A DNA stretch of 64,000 nt. It comes from Myxococcota bacterium (GTDB taxonomy: Bacteria > Myxococcota_A > UBA796 > UBA2385). Both the position numbers and the translations under genes were made by a program. The notes beneath the pieces are model-generated. The model ran no database searches, was not told where the DNA came from, and saw only the letters and a program-made list of their open reading frames with translations. Numbering within the stretch: position 1 is the first letter of the stretch; the number at the start of each line of letters is the position of its first letter. The stretch spans positions 384,001 through 448,000 of the forward strand of contig JBIJDH010000001.1 in assembly GCA_044344255.1 (NCBI GenBank). The letters run 5' to 3'. Positions 29,172 through 41,250 of this stretch are shown piece after piece.

Positions 29172-30458
29172 TCAACGACGCGCGAGGGCGGACTCAATCC
29201 GCTCCAGGGCCTGGCTCAAGTCTCGCTCGGAGACCGCGCCGATGCTCATCCGGCACCAGCCGGTGTGCTGCTCGAGGTCAAAGGCCTGGAAGGGGACGAC
29301 GGCCACGCCCGCCTCTTCGAGCAGCCAGCGGGTGATCTGCTGGTTGGTGTCGAAGCCCCGACCGATGAGGTCAAACTGGACGGAGAGGTAGATCGCGCCT
29401 TGCGGGGCGATGGCCCGCACCGGGAGCCCCTTGTGCTGGAGCGCGACCAGGCCGTCGTAGAGGAGCCGCAGGCGGCGATCGACGCGGCCGCGCATCTCGT
29501 CCATGTAGGTGGCCATCAGCGCCGGCTCAGCGAGGTAGGAGGCGGTGGCCACCTGCTCGGCTCGCGGCGCCCAGGCGCCCACGTGGCCGATGAAGGCCCC
29601 CATTCGGCTCGCCAGGTACGGCGGCAGCACCGCCCAGCCGAGTCGTAAGCCCGTCGAAGCGAAACACTTGCTGATGGCGTCGACCTGGACGACGTAGGGG
29701 GCGCACTCCGGCACGAGCGAGACCGGGTTGCTGTGCCGCACGCCCTCTGCGGTGAGCATCCAGTAGACCTGATCGAAGATCAGCATGCAGGGCCGAGCCC
29801 GCCCGCGGTTCTCTTCGACCAAGGCCTCGGCGATGCCCTTGAGCACCTCGGGGCGGATCACGGTGCCCGTCGGGTTGAGGGGCGAGTTGAGGACCACCAG
29901 CCGAGCCCCGCGCATCGCCGCGGCGGCCTGCTCGACGGTGGGGAGGAAGTCGGTCTCAGCGGTGGTCGCGACGAACTCGTGGTTCGCTTGGGTGAGGTGC
30001 GCGTAGTAGCCGACGTTCCAGCTCGGCGCGAAGCTCACGGTGCGGTCACCCGGCTCGACAAAGAGGCGCCAGGCCGCGTAGATCGGCGGGCGAGCCCCGC
30101 TGGCCACCACCACGGCGCGCTCGTCGTAGACGAGGCCGAGGTCCCGCGCGTACCACTCGACGATCGCCTTCTTGAGGGCCGGGACCCCATCGGGGGGCGG
30201 GTAGTTGGTCTCACCGGCGCGGATGGCGTGAATGACACGGTCCGCGAGCTCGGTGGGGATCGGGAACTGTTGCGCAGAGAAGTCACCCACCGTGAGGTTG
30301 CAGACCGGCTTGCCGGCGGCGACCAACGCGCGCACTCCGCCCGCGATCTCCAGGATCATCGAGCCTTGCATCGAGGCGATGGTGGGGGTGAGCGCGGCGG
30401 CGGCGGCGGCGTCTGCCGCGGGACCGACAGGTAGATAGGCGCGGGTGTCGATGGACAT
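29172..30458 (-). CDS. PLP-dependent aminotransferase class I/II
   Basis: NSPLNPTG, DQVY, SKCFASTGLRLGW, CRMS. Confidence 0.93.
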   Translation of the reverse strand: MSIDTRAYLPVGPAADAAAAAALTPTIASMQGSMILEIAGGVRALVAAGKPVCNLTVGDFSAQQFPIPTELADRVIHAIRAGETNYPPPDGVPALKKAIVEWYARDLGLVYDERAVVVASGARPPIYAAWRLFVEPGDRTVSFAPSWNVGYYAHLTQANHEFVATTAETDFLPTVEQAAAAMRGARLVVLNSPLNPTGTVIRPEVLKGIAEALVEENRGRARPCMLIFDQVYWMLTAEGVRHSNPVSLVPECAPYVVQVDAISKCFASTGLRLGWAVLPPYLASRMGAFIGHVGAWAPRAEQVATASYLAEPALMATYMDEMRGRVDRRLRLLYDGLVALQHKGLPVRAIAPQGAIYLSVQFDLIGRGFDTNQQITRWLLEEAGVAVVPFQAFDLEQHTGWCRMSIGAVSERDLSQALERIESALARR

Positions 30459-30494
30459 ACCCACCCCTATTCCGCCTCCCCCGGGCGCGCCCGG

Positions 30495-31154
30495 TCAGCC
30501 CAGCGCCAGCCCCAGCACGCGGAGCCCCGTCACCTCTCGCCCGCCGACGGCCGAGGCCGCGCGGGCGGCGGCCTCCTCGATGTCCCTCGCCAAGAGCACG
30601 ACCTCCTCGCCGCCCCCGGAGAGCTGGAGCGCGAAGGCGTACCGCGGGGCCTCGGCGTTCGCCGCGGCGTTCCCACCGGCGGCCCCATCGGCGGCCCCAT
30701 CGGCGGCGGCGGTTGAGATCGAGCGCGGCGCTGCCGCCGCCGCTCCCCCGGCGTCCGTGCCCGGCGAGAGGCTGCGCCGGCGAAACATGCGCACCGCCTC
30801 TCGCGTCACGCCGGCCCGCTCCGCCACCTCGGCGTCCGTGAGCACGCCGATGAGGTGGCGGAAGGGGCCGAGCTTCGACCGACGGGGGCTGCGGTCCGGG
30901 CCCCGCTTGCCACGCCCGCGCGACGCACCCGGCGACCTCGCCTCCCCGGAGGCCTCCGGGTCGCGCGGCACCTCCGCCCCCTCGCGCTGGCCGAACTTAT
31001 AGCCCTGGTACGCCGGGATTCCGTAGCGCCGTCGGAATCGACCGACGATGGAGGTGCTGGTGCCGAGCAATTGCGCGATCTCGTGGTCCGGGACGGTACC
31101 CAATCGGGGGCGAATTGCCTCAAGCTCAGGGTGGGCTTCAAGGGTGCGAGACAT
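30495..31154 (-). CDS. Hypothetical protein with two HTH-like repeats
   Basis: LGTVPDHEIAQLLGTSTSIVGRFRRR and IGVLTDAEVAERAGVTREAVRMFRRR; GGAG upstream of ATG 31154. Confidence 0.7.
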   Translation of the reverse strand: MSRTLEAHPELEAIRPRLGTVPDHEIAQLLGTSTSIVGRFRRRYGIPAYQGYKFGQREGAEVPRDPEASGEARSPGASRGRGKRGPDRSPRRSKLGPFRHLIGVLTDAEVAERAGVTREAVRMFRRRSLSPGTDAGGAAAAAPRSISTAAADGAADGAAGGNAAANAEAPRYAFALQLSGGGEEVVLLARDIEEAAARAASAVGGREVTGLRVLGLALG

Positions 31155-31348
31155 GGCTGCTCCACTCAGGTTCTTCAGGCCCCGGCGTCTGATCGGAGGA
31201 CAGATGCAGTTTAGTCTCATTAACGCAGGTGTATCACCCGAGCCAGTGAACCGTGACGGGGAATGATGGAGACAACGCATATACGCCCACCGCGCAACAC
31301 ATCCTGCGCGAATGAGGCCCGACCACCAATCCCTGACCGCGGTCAGGA

Positions 31349-32866
31349 CTACAGTCGACGCTGTCTCACGATCTGCGCGTAGTCGGCGCCGAGCGGTCGG
31401 AGGGTGCGCGCCTTGGTCTCGACGTTCACCTCATAGAGGCCGAAGGTCATCGACATCCCGTGGTTCCACTCGTAGTTGTCCGTCAGCGACCACACGTAGT
31501 AGCCCTCCACGTCTGCGCCCTCGGCGATCGCCGAGCGGACCGCCTCAAGGTGGGGCACGAGGAAACGCTCGGTAGCTCCCTCCATGTCGCTCGTTCCATT
31601 CTCGGTGACCCGCAGGGGGAGACCGTACTCGGCCGCCTCCACCAGGACCTCGGCGAGCCCCTCCGGGTACTCGGTGAAATAACCGCCGGCGGGGACGAAG
31701 TCGGTCCACGGATAGTTGACGAAGAGAGGAGCGTCGAGGCCGGTGGCCGTGATCTGTGTGTAGTAGTTCACGCCGATGTAGTCCATCTTCCCGACGAGAT
31801 CCGGGCGCTCCTCCTCCGCCACACCGTCGAGGTCACGGTCGATCCGGCCGCGGATCGTGCCCTCGAGGAAGGCGCGGTTGTAGACGTAGTCGAGGTGCTC
31901 GGCCCCGCGCACATCCGCCTCTCGGGTCGGGTCTTCGGGCCGCACGGCGACGAGGTTGGGCACGAGCCCGACCTGCGCGGTGCTGTCATAGGCGTGCACC
32001 GCGTCGTACATCAGCCCGTGGGCCTCGACCATGGCCCACATCACGCCGATGGCGGCGTCGATGTTGATGACCCCGGGCGGGTTCGTGCGGTCTTCGCTCG
32101 GGAGCAGGTAGCCGCTGAGCACCACGGCGAAGGGCTCGTTCAGCGTGGCCCACAGGTCGACCTCGTCTCCGAACTCGAGCGCGCAGAAGCCGGCGTAGAG
32201 CGCGATCTGGGTCTTCATCCGCTCGGCGTCCGCCCAGCCCTTGTCTTCACAGGTCGAGAGGTCGGCGTGACAGGCCTTGGCGTCGTGCAGCCAGAGCGGG
32301 AGGGTGTAGTGGTTGAGGGTGACCAGCGGCTCCAGGCCGTGGGCCGCGATCGAGGCGAGGTAATCGTGGTAGGCCGCCACGGCTACGGGGTCGGCCGCCT
32401 GCACGAGGTCTTCGACCGTGACCGCGCCCAGGGGCTCGGTCGGGAAGAGGCGCGACCACTCCAGGCTGACGCGCACGGAGTCGAGGCCGAGCTCACCCCC
32501 AGCGCGGGCGAAGTCTTCGTCGTAGAGCTCCCAGTGGCCGGGGCCGTTCGAGAGGGGCTCGCCGGAGAGGTAGTTCCCCGGCTGGGCGATGAGCTCAGGG
32601 TCCGTCACCCACTGATACCAGTCGCTGGCGCGGTCTTCACAGTCCTCGGCGGGGATCGTGGGGCAACCGGGATCGACCTGGAAGCCGGCGACCGCCGCGC
32701 CAAACACGAAGTCAGCCGGGAAGTCGGTGGGCTCTCCCTCCTTGCCTCCGGGGGCGCAGCCGAGACCGCAGAGGAGGAGCAGCCACCCGGGCTGGGAGAG
32801 GAGCGTGTCGCCCCTCGACGGTCGCAGGATCATCGAATTCCCCGTTGGGAGGAGACGCCCCCTCAC
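31349..32866 (-). CDS. Glycoside hydrolase family 1, probable lipoprotein
   Basis: FPADFVFGAA, RVSLEWSR, TLNHYTLP, TLNEP, VTENG, WSLTDNYEW; LLCGLGC lipobox-like. Start uncertain. Confidence 0.93.
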   Translation of the reverse strand: MRGRLLPTGNSMILRPSRGDTLLSQPGWLLLLCGLGCAPGGKEGEPTDFPADFVFGAAVAGFQVDPGCPTIPAEDCEDRASDWYQWVTDPELIAQPGNYLSGEPLSNGPGHWELYDEDFARAGGELGLDSVRVSLEWSRLFPTEPLGAVTVEDLVQAADPVAVAAYHDYLASIAAHGLEPLVTLNHYTLPLWLHDAKACHADLSTCEDKGWADAERMKTQIALYAGFCALEFGDEVDLWATLNEPFAVVLSGYLLPSEDRTNPPGVINIDAAIGVMWAMVEAHGLMYDAVHAYDSTAQVGLVPNLVAVRPEDPTREADVRGAEHLDYVYNRAFLEGTIRGRIDRDLDGVAEEERPDLVGKMDYIGVNYYTQITATGLDAPLFVNYPWTDFVPAGGYFTEYPEGLAEVLVEAAEYGLPLRVTENGTSDMEGATERFLVPHLEAVRSAIAEGADVEGYYVWSLTDNYEWNHGMSMTFGLYEVNVETKARTLRPLGADYAQIVRQRRL

Positions 32867-35800
32867 CCGAGCAGGAGCATGCCCCTCTCCACGCGCCGAC
32901 GCCAGGGGTGGACCCGCAGCGCCGCACGATCCCCGTCATGAAGGCGCTCGCCGATCTCATCGAGGACCTGCGCGGCCGACTGGTAGCCGGCGCGGGCCCG
33001 CGCGAGCTCCCGACGGCGCACCGCGTGACCGGCGAGGGCGAGGTACCACTCCACCCGGATCAGGCGGGCCGGGCGGGTCTCCAACCACCCGCGCACCGGG
33101 GCGAAGATCTCGGCGGGATCGACCTGTCCGCCGAGCGCGCGGGCCCGACAGGTGATGGCCTCCGCGAGGTGAGGGACGTGCGTGAAGCGCCGGAGCGCCG
33201 TGACGGCCTCCAGGGTGAGCAGGTCGGCCTCAGCGGCCTGGCCCGACTGCCCCGCCGCCTCCCCCCACCAGGCGCGCAGCGTGGCGGAGAGGGCCACGAG
33301 GCCGCTCCGCTCGGCGCCGATGGTGGCGGGCTCCAGCACGGCGACGGCCCCGGCGGGATCATCACAGGCGAGGAGGAGGCGACCGCGCACCAAGGCGAAG
33401 GCCGCCGCGAGGTAGGGGTTGGCTCGACAGAGCTCGATGGAGTCCGCCTCGGCGAGGAGGTCGCGCACCTCGCCGAGCTGGAAGAGCTCGATGCGGGTCT
33501 CGGCGATGTTGACGAGCAACCCCGCGTGCCCGACGGGGCTCCCTCCCTGTCGGGCGAGGTCGAGGTGGGGCTCGGCCTGGGCCAGGGCCTCCGTGAAGCG
33601 GCCCTGGAGGCGCAGCACCTCTGCGAGGTTGAGGGCCGCATGCCAGACCCCGGGGGTGTGATCGATCTCGGCGTAGGCCGCGCGCCCCCGCCCGAGCTCC
33701 TCCTCGGCCAGGACGAGCTCTCCGCGCGCGTGAGCGGCGAGGCCGAGGCCGACCCGCGCCGCCGCCTCCACCGCGGGGGGGAAGCCGTGGTCGACCAGCG
33801 CCGCGTACATCCCCTCGGCGACGTCCGGATCTCCGCGCAAGAGGCCGAGCTTCCCGCGGGCGAGCTGCACGGTGGCGCTGAGCAGCAGGTCGGCCTTCAC
33901 CTCCGGTCGCTCCGCGACCTCGAGCAGCAGGTCGAGCGCGGCCTCTTGCTGTCCCTGGCGGGTGAAGACGGCGGCCCGCTCGAGATCGACCTCCGCGCGC
34001 ACACGCCCCCGCGCGAGGCTGTGGGCCCGGCTGAGCAGGCGGTGGGCCCGCACGTCCGCGGCCTCCGTGAGCCCGAGCGCCCGGGCGAGCAACAGCAGGA
34101 GGCGGGCGCGGGGCTCGTCCTCCTCGGATCCGGCCTCGCCCCCACGCGCGGCGTCCGGGCTCCCCTCCACCCGCTGCACCACCCGCTCGAGGAGGGGCAC
34201 CACCTGCGCGAGCTCTCCCTGGGCCATCCGTGCAGCCGCCCAGGCGGTGGCCTCCTCCACCGAGCGGGCGAGGTGGCCGGCGGCGAGCAGCACGCGCACG
34301 CGCTCCGGGCTGGGCTCCCCGGCGGGCAGGGCGTCGGCGAGGGCGCGCTGGAGCTGCATCCGGCGGCCGGCCCCGAGGCGCTCCCGGATGATCTGAACGC
34401 TCATGCCGAGGCGGAAGACGACCTCCTCCCCGCCCGGCCCCGTCCGGCAGGTGATGAGGCGCTGCCGAAGCAGGTCCTGGACCACCTCTCTGCCGCGCGG
34501 GAGGTCGAGGCCGGTGGCGCGGAGGAGGGTGCGGGTGTCGGCCTCTCCGCCCACCACCGCGAGGGCCTCGACGAAAGAGAGGGTGTCATCGGGGAGGTCC
34601 TCGACCAGGTTGCCGAGGAGCTCGGTGAGCGAGCTCGGGATGGCGATCTGGCCGGCCGAGCGGTCGACCCAGGAGACCCGCTCATCGGCGCTCCGCCGCG
34701 CCTCGACGAGGCCCTGCCGCACCATCGCGTGCACCACCTCGACGACGTAGCCGGGCATCCCGCCGGTGGCCTCGTGGATGCGTCGGGCCAAGGCCGGGGG
34801 TGGGTTGGTTCGGCCGAGGAGCGCGCCGACCAGCCGCCCGATGTCGCTCGGATCGAGGGGCCCGAGGGGGAGCCGCGACGCGTCGGGGAAGGCGAGCCGG
34901 AGGGCAGAGCCGGCGGTGTCGGCGTCATCGGCGGCCCCCGCGAGGATGACGACCGGAAGGTCGAGCTCGATGGCCTTGGCGCGTACGAGGCGCAGCGTCT
35001 GCAGCGCCAGGGGCGGCGCCTGGTCGAGCTCGCGGAGGAGGATGACCACGGGGCGGCCGTCCTGCTCCACCCGGCGCTGGAGCACGGCCAGGACCGCGCT
35101 CATCACCCGCGCGAGGGCCAGCGGATCGAGCTCGCCCTCTCCGGGGACCTGGCTGAGCGCGGCCAGATCGGCCTCCTCTCCGAGCGGGAGCCCGCGGGCC
35201 GCCGTGCGCACCGCCTCCGCGAGGCCCCCGAGGCCGGGCCCGCCGGGGAAGCGCGCCTCCAGGGCCCGCCAGCCGAGCTGGGCCGCGTCATGGGCCGCCT
35301 GCGTCAGCAGCCGCCCCCGGCCGGAGCCCGGTGGACCGGTGACGAGCACCATCCGCCCCGGCTTGGCGCGCCCGAAGATGGCGCGGAGGGCCTTGACCTC
35401 AGCGTCCCGACCGATGACGTCGGCGGCCGAGAGGGTCGCGGGGTCATCGAGGGCGGTCTCGCCATCATCACCCAGGCCCTCCAGTGACTCCGCCACCTCC
35501 GAGGCCCGCCCAGGGCGGTCGCCGGGGTCCTTGGCGAGCATGTGCATCACGAGGTCGCTCACCGAGGGCGCCACGCCGGCCACGAAGTCGCCAGGGGGCC
35601 GCGGCACATGCTCGGCGTGGAGCCGCGCCATCTCACCCGGATCGTCGGTCTCGAAGGGTCGCTTGCCCGAGAGCAGCCGGTAGAACAGCACCCCGAGCGA
35701 GTAGATGTCGGACCGGGGGCCCACCACGTCACCGGCGAGCTGCTCGGGGCTCGCATACGCGAAGGTGCCGACGAACTCGCCGTGGCGCGTGATCTCGTCG

Positions 35801-36303
35801 TCTTGCTCCAGCGCCCGGACGGTGCCGAAGTCGAGCAGCTTGATGCGCCCGTCCTTCAAGACCATCACGTTCGAGGACTTGAGGTCTCGATGGACGATGC
35901 CGCGCTCGTGCAGGTGGTCGAGGGCCTCCGCCACCGCCTTGATCACGCGGATCACCTGGCTCGTCCGCCGCGGGGTGCCCGGGCGACCGCAACCCTTGGC
36001 GTGCACCTGCGCCGGCACACCATCCAAGAGCTCCATCGTCAGATACGGGCGTCTATCCTCTGTGATCCCGTATCGGTAGACGCGGACGATGTGGGGGTGG
36101 TCGAGCCGGGTGAGCGCCCGGTACTCCCGATTGAAGCGCGGCCCGGCGGCCCCCCGCTGGGTGAGCAGCTTGAGCGCCAGCTTCTGGCCGGTGCCTGGGT
36201 CTTCCACCTCATAGACCGAGGCCATGCCCCCACGCGCGATCGCCCGAACGACCCGGTACGGGCCGATGGTCTTCGGGAGGGGGGCCGAGGCGGGGTCCGA
36301 CAC
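32863..36303 (-). CDS. Ser/Thr protein kinase + degenerate P-loop domain + TPR repeats
   Basis: ARGGMASV, LALK, HRDLKSSN, LDFG, GTFAYASPE; VIGRDAE, GPPGSGRG, TGGMP; TPR-like C-terminus. Confidence 0.93.
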   Translation of the reverse strand: MSDPASAPLPKTIGPYRVVRAIARGGMASVYEVEDPGTGQKLALKLLTQRGAAGPRFNREYRALTRLDHPHIVRVYRYGITEDRRPYLTMELLDGVPAQVHAKGCGRPGTPRRTSQVIRVIKAVAEALDHLHERGIVHRDLKSSNVMVLKDGRIKLLDFGTVRALEQDDEITRHGEFVGTFAYASPEQLAGDVVGPRSDIYSLGVLFYRLLSGKRPFETDDPGEMARLHAEHVPRPPGDFVAGVAPSVSDLVMHMLAKDPGDRPGRASEVAESLEGLGDDGETALDDPATLSAADVIGRDAEVKALRAIFGRAKPGRMVLVTGPPGSGRGRLLTQAAHDAAQLGWRALEARFPGGPGLGGLAEAVRTAARGLPLGEEADLAALSQVPGEGELDPLALARVMSAVLAVLQRRVEQDGRPVVILLRELDQAPPLALQTLRLVRAKAIELDLPVVILAGAADDADTAGSALRLAFPDASRLPLGPLDPSDIGRLVGALLGRTNPPPALARRIHEATGGMPGYVVEVVHAMVRQGLVEARRSADERVSWVDRSAGQIAIPSSLTELLGNLVEDLPDDTLSFVEALAVVGGEADTRTLLRATGLDLPRGREVVQDLLRQRLITCRTGPGGEEVVFRLGMSVQIIRERLGAGRRMQLQRALADALPAGEPSPERVRVLLAAGHLARSVEEATAWAAARMAQGELAQVVPLLERVVQRVEGSPDAARGGEAGSEEDEPRARLLLLLARALGLTEAADVRAHRLLSRAHSLARGRVRAEVDLERAAVFTRQGQQEAALDLLLEVAERPEVKADLLLSATVQLARGKLGLLRGDPDVAEGMYAALVDHGFPPAVEAAARVGLGLAAHARGELVLAEEELGRGRAAYAEIDHTPGVWHAALNLAEVLRLQGRFTEALAQAEPHLDLARQGGSPVGHAGLLVNIAETRIELFQLGEVRDLLAEADSIELCRANPYLAAAFALVRGRLLLACDDPAGAVAVLEPATIGAERSGLVALSATLRAWWGEAAGQSGQAAEADLLTLEAVTALRRFTHVPHLAEAITCRARALGGQVDPAEIFAPVRGWLETRPARLIRVEWYLALAGHAVRRRELARARAGYQSAAQVLDEIGERLHDGDRAALRVHPWRRRVERGMLLLG

Positions 36304-36341
36304 CCCTCGAAGATAGCAGAGCGGAGGCCCTCGAGCCGCTC

Positions 36342-37841
36342 TCAGCGATCCCAGCCCGCGCGGCCGAGCTCCGCCCCGGAGGGGTGGAGGGCCTTCATCC
36401 AGTCATAGGCGCCCCCCATCCGGAGGGGGGTGTCCCCCCAGCTCTCCCGCCAGACCTCCGCCTCCGCGCGAGAGGGGAAGCGGCATATCTGCAACCAGGT
36501 CGCACCCGTCACCGCGGTGCAGGCCGAGCCCGGCGCCAGGCGGGGCGCGTCGTGGACGAGCAGCAGGACCGCAGCGGAGGGGTCGAGCCCGAAGCGGGCC
36601 GGGTCTGCGCCGTGGAGGACGGCCGACAGGACCACCGCCGCAGGATCGACCCCCTCGGGGCGGTCGAACCACACGCCGTCCACCCGGATCGCCCCTGGCT
36701 CACCGACGAGCTCCCGCTGCAGCTCGTCTCCGAGCCGATCCGCCAGCTCCACGCTCCCGCGGGCGGGCGGCACCACAGCGATCGGGAGCCACTGGCCGGC
36801 CAGCCAGGGCAGCAGCAGCAGCGAGGCCCACCCGAGGCGGGAGAGGCCGGCGGCGGCGGCGATCGCGATGGGCACGGCCAAGACGCGGAGGTGGTAGCTG
36901 CGGAGCGAGGAGACCGAGAGCCCCACCAGGAGGAGCGCGACCACCGCGGCCAGGGCGTAGGCCAGCGCGGCGCGTCGGCCGGCGGCCTCGGGGCGTCGGA
37001 GCCCGGGCAGGCAGAGCAGCAGCGCCGGCGGGAGCGCCCACCAGGCGCTCCGCCACTCGACCGCGAAACGATCGTGGAAGGCGCGGGTGACGAAGGCGAG
37101 CGGGGACACGTCGGCCTCGCTGCTCTGGAGCGCCACCGCCGAGAGGCAGGCCGCCGCTCCTTGTCCGCAGTCGGCCATCCGGGCGAGGATCAGCAGCCGG
37201 GGCGTGACCAGCACGAGGGCGAGGAGGGCCGCGGCGCCGACGGTCCAGCCACCGAGGCGCCGGACCAGGGCGGGGAGGAGCACGAGCGCGCCGAGCCCCC
37301 CGGCGGTGCCCATCGGGTGCTGGCCCGAAGCGAGCACGAAGGCGAGGGTGGCGAGCAGGAGGCCTCCCCGGCTCCCCCGGAGGGCGAGCAGCAGGCCGAC
37401 GGTGCCCAGCCCGACGAGCTCGGGCGCGCCGTACCCGCGGAAGGCGATGACGAGGGTGTCGACGAGCCCCGGATCGGCGGCGACCAAGCCGCCCGCCAGC
37501 GCCGCGAGCAGCGGGGCCCGTGGGCGATCCGGATCGAGGAGGGCCGCCCCGAGGCCCGCCGCCGGCGCGGCGAGGGCCCCCCACCCGAAGCGGAGGACGA
37601 AGACCTCGTGAAGCGATCCGGCGAGGCGCACCATCGGCCACGCCACCACCCACAGCGAGTAGCCCCCCTCCGGGTTGGGCGGCGGGGGGAGGTGCCCCCA
37701 GCCCGCCGCGTAGGCGGCCAGCAGCTGCCCGAGCGCGTCGCTGCCGATCGAGGCGGCCCCCACGCTCTGCAGGCGCAGGGCCACCGCGAGGAGGTAGACC
37801 GACAGCAGCACGAGGGCGAGGGCGAGGCGGCGGGGCGGCAC
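36342..37841 (-). CDS. Polytopic membrane protein, possible GT-C glycosyltransferase
   Basis: About 10 hydrophobic segments; Asp after the first TM (GSDALGQ); soluble C-terminal domain. Confidence 0.55.
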   Translation of the reverse strand: MPPRRLALALVLLSVYLLAVALRLQSVGAASIGSDALGQLLAAYAAGWGHLPPPPNPEGGYSLWVVAWPMVRLAGSLHEVFVLRFGWGALAAPAAGLGAALLDPDRPRAPLLAALAGGLVAADPGLVDTLVIAFRGYGAPELVGLGTVGLLLALRGSRGGLLLATLAFVLASGQHPMGTAGGLGALVLLPALVRRLGGWTVGAAALLALVLVTPRLLILARMADCGQGAAACLSAVALQSSEADVSPLAFVTRAFHDRFAVEWRSAWWALPPALLLCLPGLRRPEAAGRRAALAYALAAVVALLLVGLSVSSLRSYHLRVLAVPIAIAAAAGLSRLGWASLLLLPWLAGQWLPIAVVPPARGSVELADRLGDELQRELVGEPGAIRVDGVWFDRPEGVDPAAVVLSAVLHGADPARFGLDPSAAVLLLVHDAPRLAPGSACTAVTGATWLQICRFPSRAEAEVWRESWGDTPLRMGGAYDWMKALHPSGAELGRAGWDR

Positions 37842-37878
37842 CTCACCATCATCGCAGAGGCGGAGGCCGGGGGTCGGA

Positions 37879-39714
<1,836 letters not shown>

Positions 39715-39749
39715 GGGTTCGCAGAGCCTTCAAGGGAGAAGCAGGAGGA

Positions 39750-40334
39750 TCAAGAGTGGGACGCGCCGGCCGTCGTGAGCAGCGCCGTTTCGAGGTACTT
39801 GAGGCGGGCCAGGATCTCGCCGGCCGGCTGGAGGCTCGCCGCGGCGGGCGCGACGTCGGCCTCCCAGCGAGAGAAGACGGCGTCGAGCTCGGCGAGGGCG
39901 GCCTTGTGCAGCGCCGCCACGCGGGCCCGCACCCCCTCGGGGTCGGAGGCGGCCTCGAACTGGAGCTCGAACATGAGCTCGAGGAAGTCCGCGTCGGGGC
40001 TGGGCCCGCCTTTGCCCTCTGGCTCCGCCTTGCCAGAGACGAGGAAGCGAGCCCGGCGCAGGGGGTCGCGGAGCACCCGCCGGGCCTCGTTCACCGCCGC
40101 CGTCCACTGGAGGCTCATGCGGCGCTCGACGGCGGGGTGCTTGGTGAAACGGTCGGGGTGGACGAGGCGCGAGCGTCGTCGCCAGGCTTCCTCGACCGCG
40201 GCGACGTCGAGATGGTAACGACGCGCCAAGCCGAGGACACCGTAATGGTCGGCCTCACCCGCGAGGGGTTGAACGGCGCCACAGCCGACACAGACCGGGC
40301 CGTCAACGGCCTCGTGGCACTTCCAGCAGCTCAT
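39750..40334 (-). CDS. hscB: Co-chaperone HscB with N-terminal tetracysteine motif
   Basis: CWKC...CVGC; J-domain VHPDRF; LRDPLRRARFL; isc context. Confidence 0.92.
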   Translation of the reverse strand: MSCWKCHEAVDGPVCVGCGAVQPLAGEADHYGVLGLARRYHLDVAAVEEAWRRRSRLVHPDRFTKHPAVERRMSLQWTAAVNEARRVLRDPLRRARFLVSGKAEPEGKGGPSPDADFLELMFELQFEAASDPEGVRARVAALHKAALAELDAVFSRWEADVAPAAASLQPAGEILARLKYLETALLTTAGASHS

Positions 40335-40361
40335 CGGGGCCCTCTCGCGGCCGGGTGCGGC

Positions 40362-40385
40362 CTAGAGCGAGAACTAGAGCGAGAA
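40362..40385 (-). repeat. 12-bp tandem duplication TTCTCGCTCTAG x2 including the iscA stop
   Basis: + strand ctagagcgagaa ctagagcgagaa. Confidence 0.85.
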
Positions 40386-40703
40386 GGAGTCGCCGCAGGA
40401 GCAGGACTTGTTCGACAGCGGGTTCTTGAAGACAAAGCCGGTCTTCACCATGGTCTTCTCGAAGTCGAGCTCCGAGCCGTTGATGAAGAGGTAGGACTTC
40501 CGATCGACGGCGATGCGGATGCCGTCGCCGAACTCGAAGACCTTGTCCTTGGCGTCCACCTGATCGACGAGGTCCATGTAGTAGGTGAGGCCGGTGCAGC
40601 CCCCGCCACGGACGCCCACGCGGAGGAGCGCCTCAGGCGTCTGGCGCTTCTTCTTGATGGACTGGACCCGCTCTGCGGCGGCGGAGCTGATGGTGATGGC
40701 CAT
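40374..40703 (-). CDS. iscA: Fe-S A-type carrier IscA
   Basis: GVRGGGCTG, FKNP, CSCGDSF. Confidence 0.95.
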   Translation of the reverse strand: MAITISSAAAERVQSIKKKRQTPEALLRVGVRGGGCTGLTYYMDLVDQVDAKDKVFEFGDGIRIAVDRKSYLFINGSELDFEKTMVKTGFVFKNPLSNKSCSCGDSFSL

Positions 40704-40777
40704 GGCCTCTCCCGTTCGACTTCGACACGACTCGATTCTGACACAGCACAGGGGCGCCGGCTCAGCCCGGCCAGCGA

Positions 40778-41179
40778 TCAGGCCTGGGCGACGGCCGGCA
40801 GGCCCTTCTTCTTGCGGTAGTCGGCGATCGCGGCCTTCACCGCGTCTTCGGCGAGCACCGAGCAGTGGATCTTGACCGGCGGCAGCGCGAGCTCAGCGGC
40901 GATGTCGCTGTTCTTGATGAGCTCGGCCTCCTCGATGCTCTTGCCCTTGACGAGCGTGGTCACGAGCGAAGACGAGGCGATGGCGGAGCCGCAGCCGAAG
41001 GTCTTGAACTTGGCGTCTTCGATGATGCCGTCGTCGTTGATCTTGAGCTGGAGCTTCATCACGTCACCGCAGGCGGGGGCGCCCACGAGGCCGGTGCCGA
41101 CCTCGGGGTCATTCTTGTCCATGCTGCCGACGTTCTGGGGGTTCTCGTAGTGGTCAACGACCTTCTGGCTGTACGCCAT
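40778..41179 (-). CDS. iscU: Fe-S scaffold IscU
   Basis: MAYSQKVVDHYENP, PACGD, FGCGSAIASSS, LPPVKIHCS. Confidence 0.98.
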   Translation of the reverse strand: MAYSQKVVDHYENPQNVGSMDKNDPEVGTGLVGAPACGDVMKLQLKINDDGIIEDAKFKTFGCGSAIASSSLVTTLVKGKSIEEAELIKNSDIAAELALPPVKIHCSVLAEDAVKAAIADYRKKKGLPAVAQA

Positions 41180-41250
41180 GATCTACCTCGGGTGCTTTGG
41201 AGACGTGGAATCAGGAAACGTAGGGGATCAGCAGCACGGTGTTCAGCAGC

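Noticed and set aside
31255..31290. TGATGGAG motif suggesting a fluoride riboswitch
   Set aside because: Downstream conserved elements are absent and it is antisense to the flanking genes.
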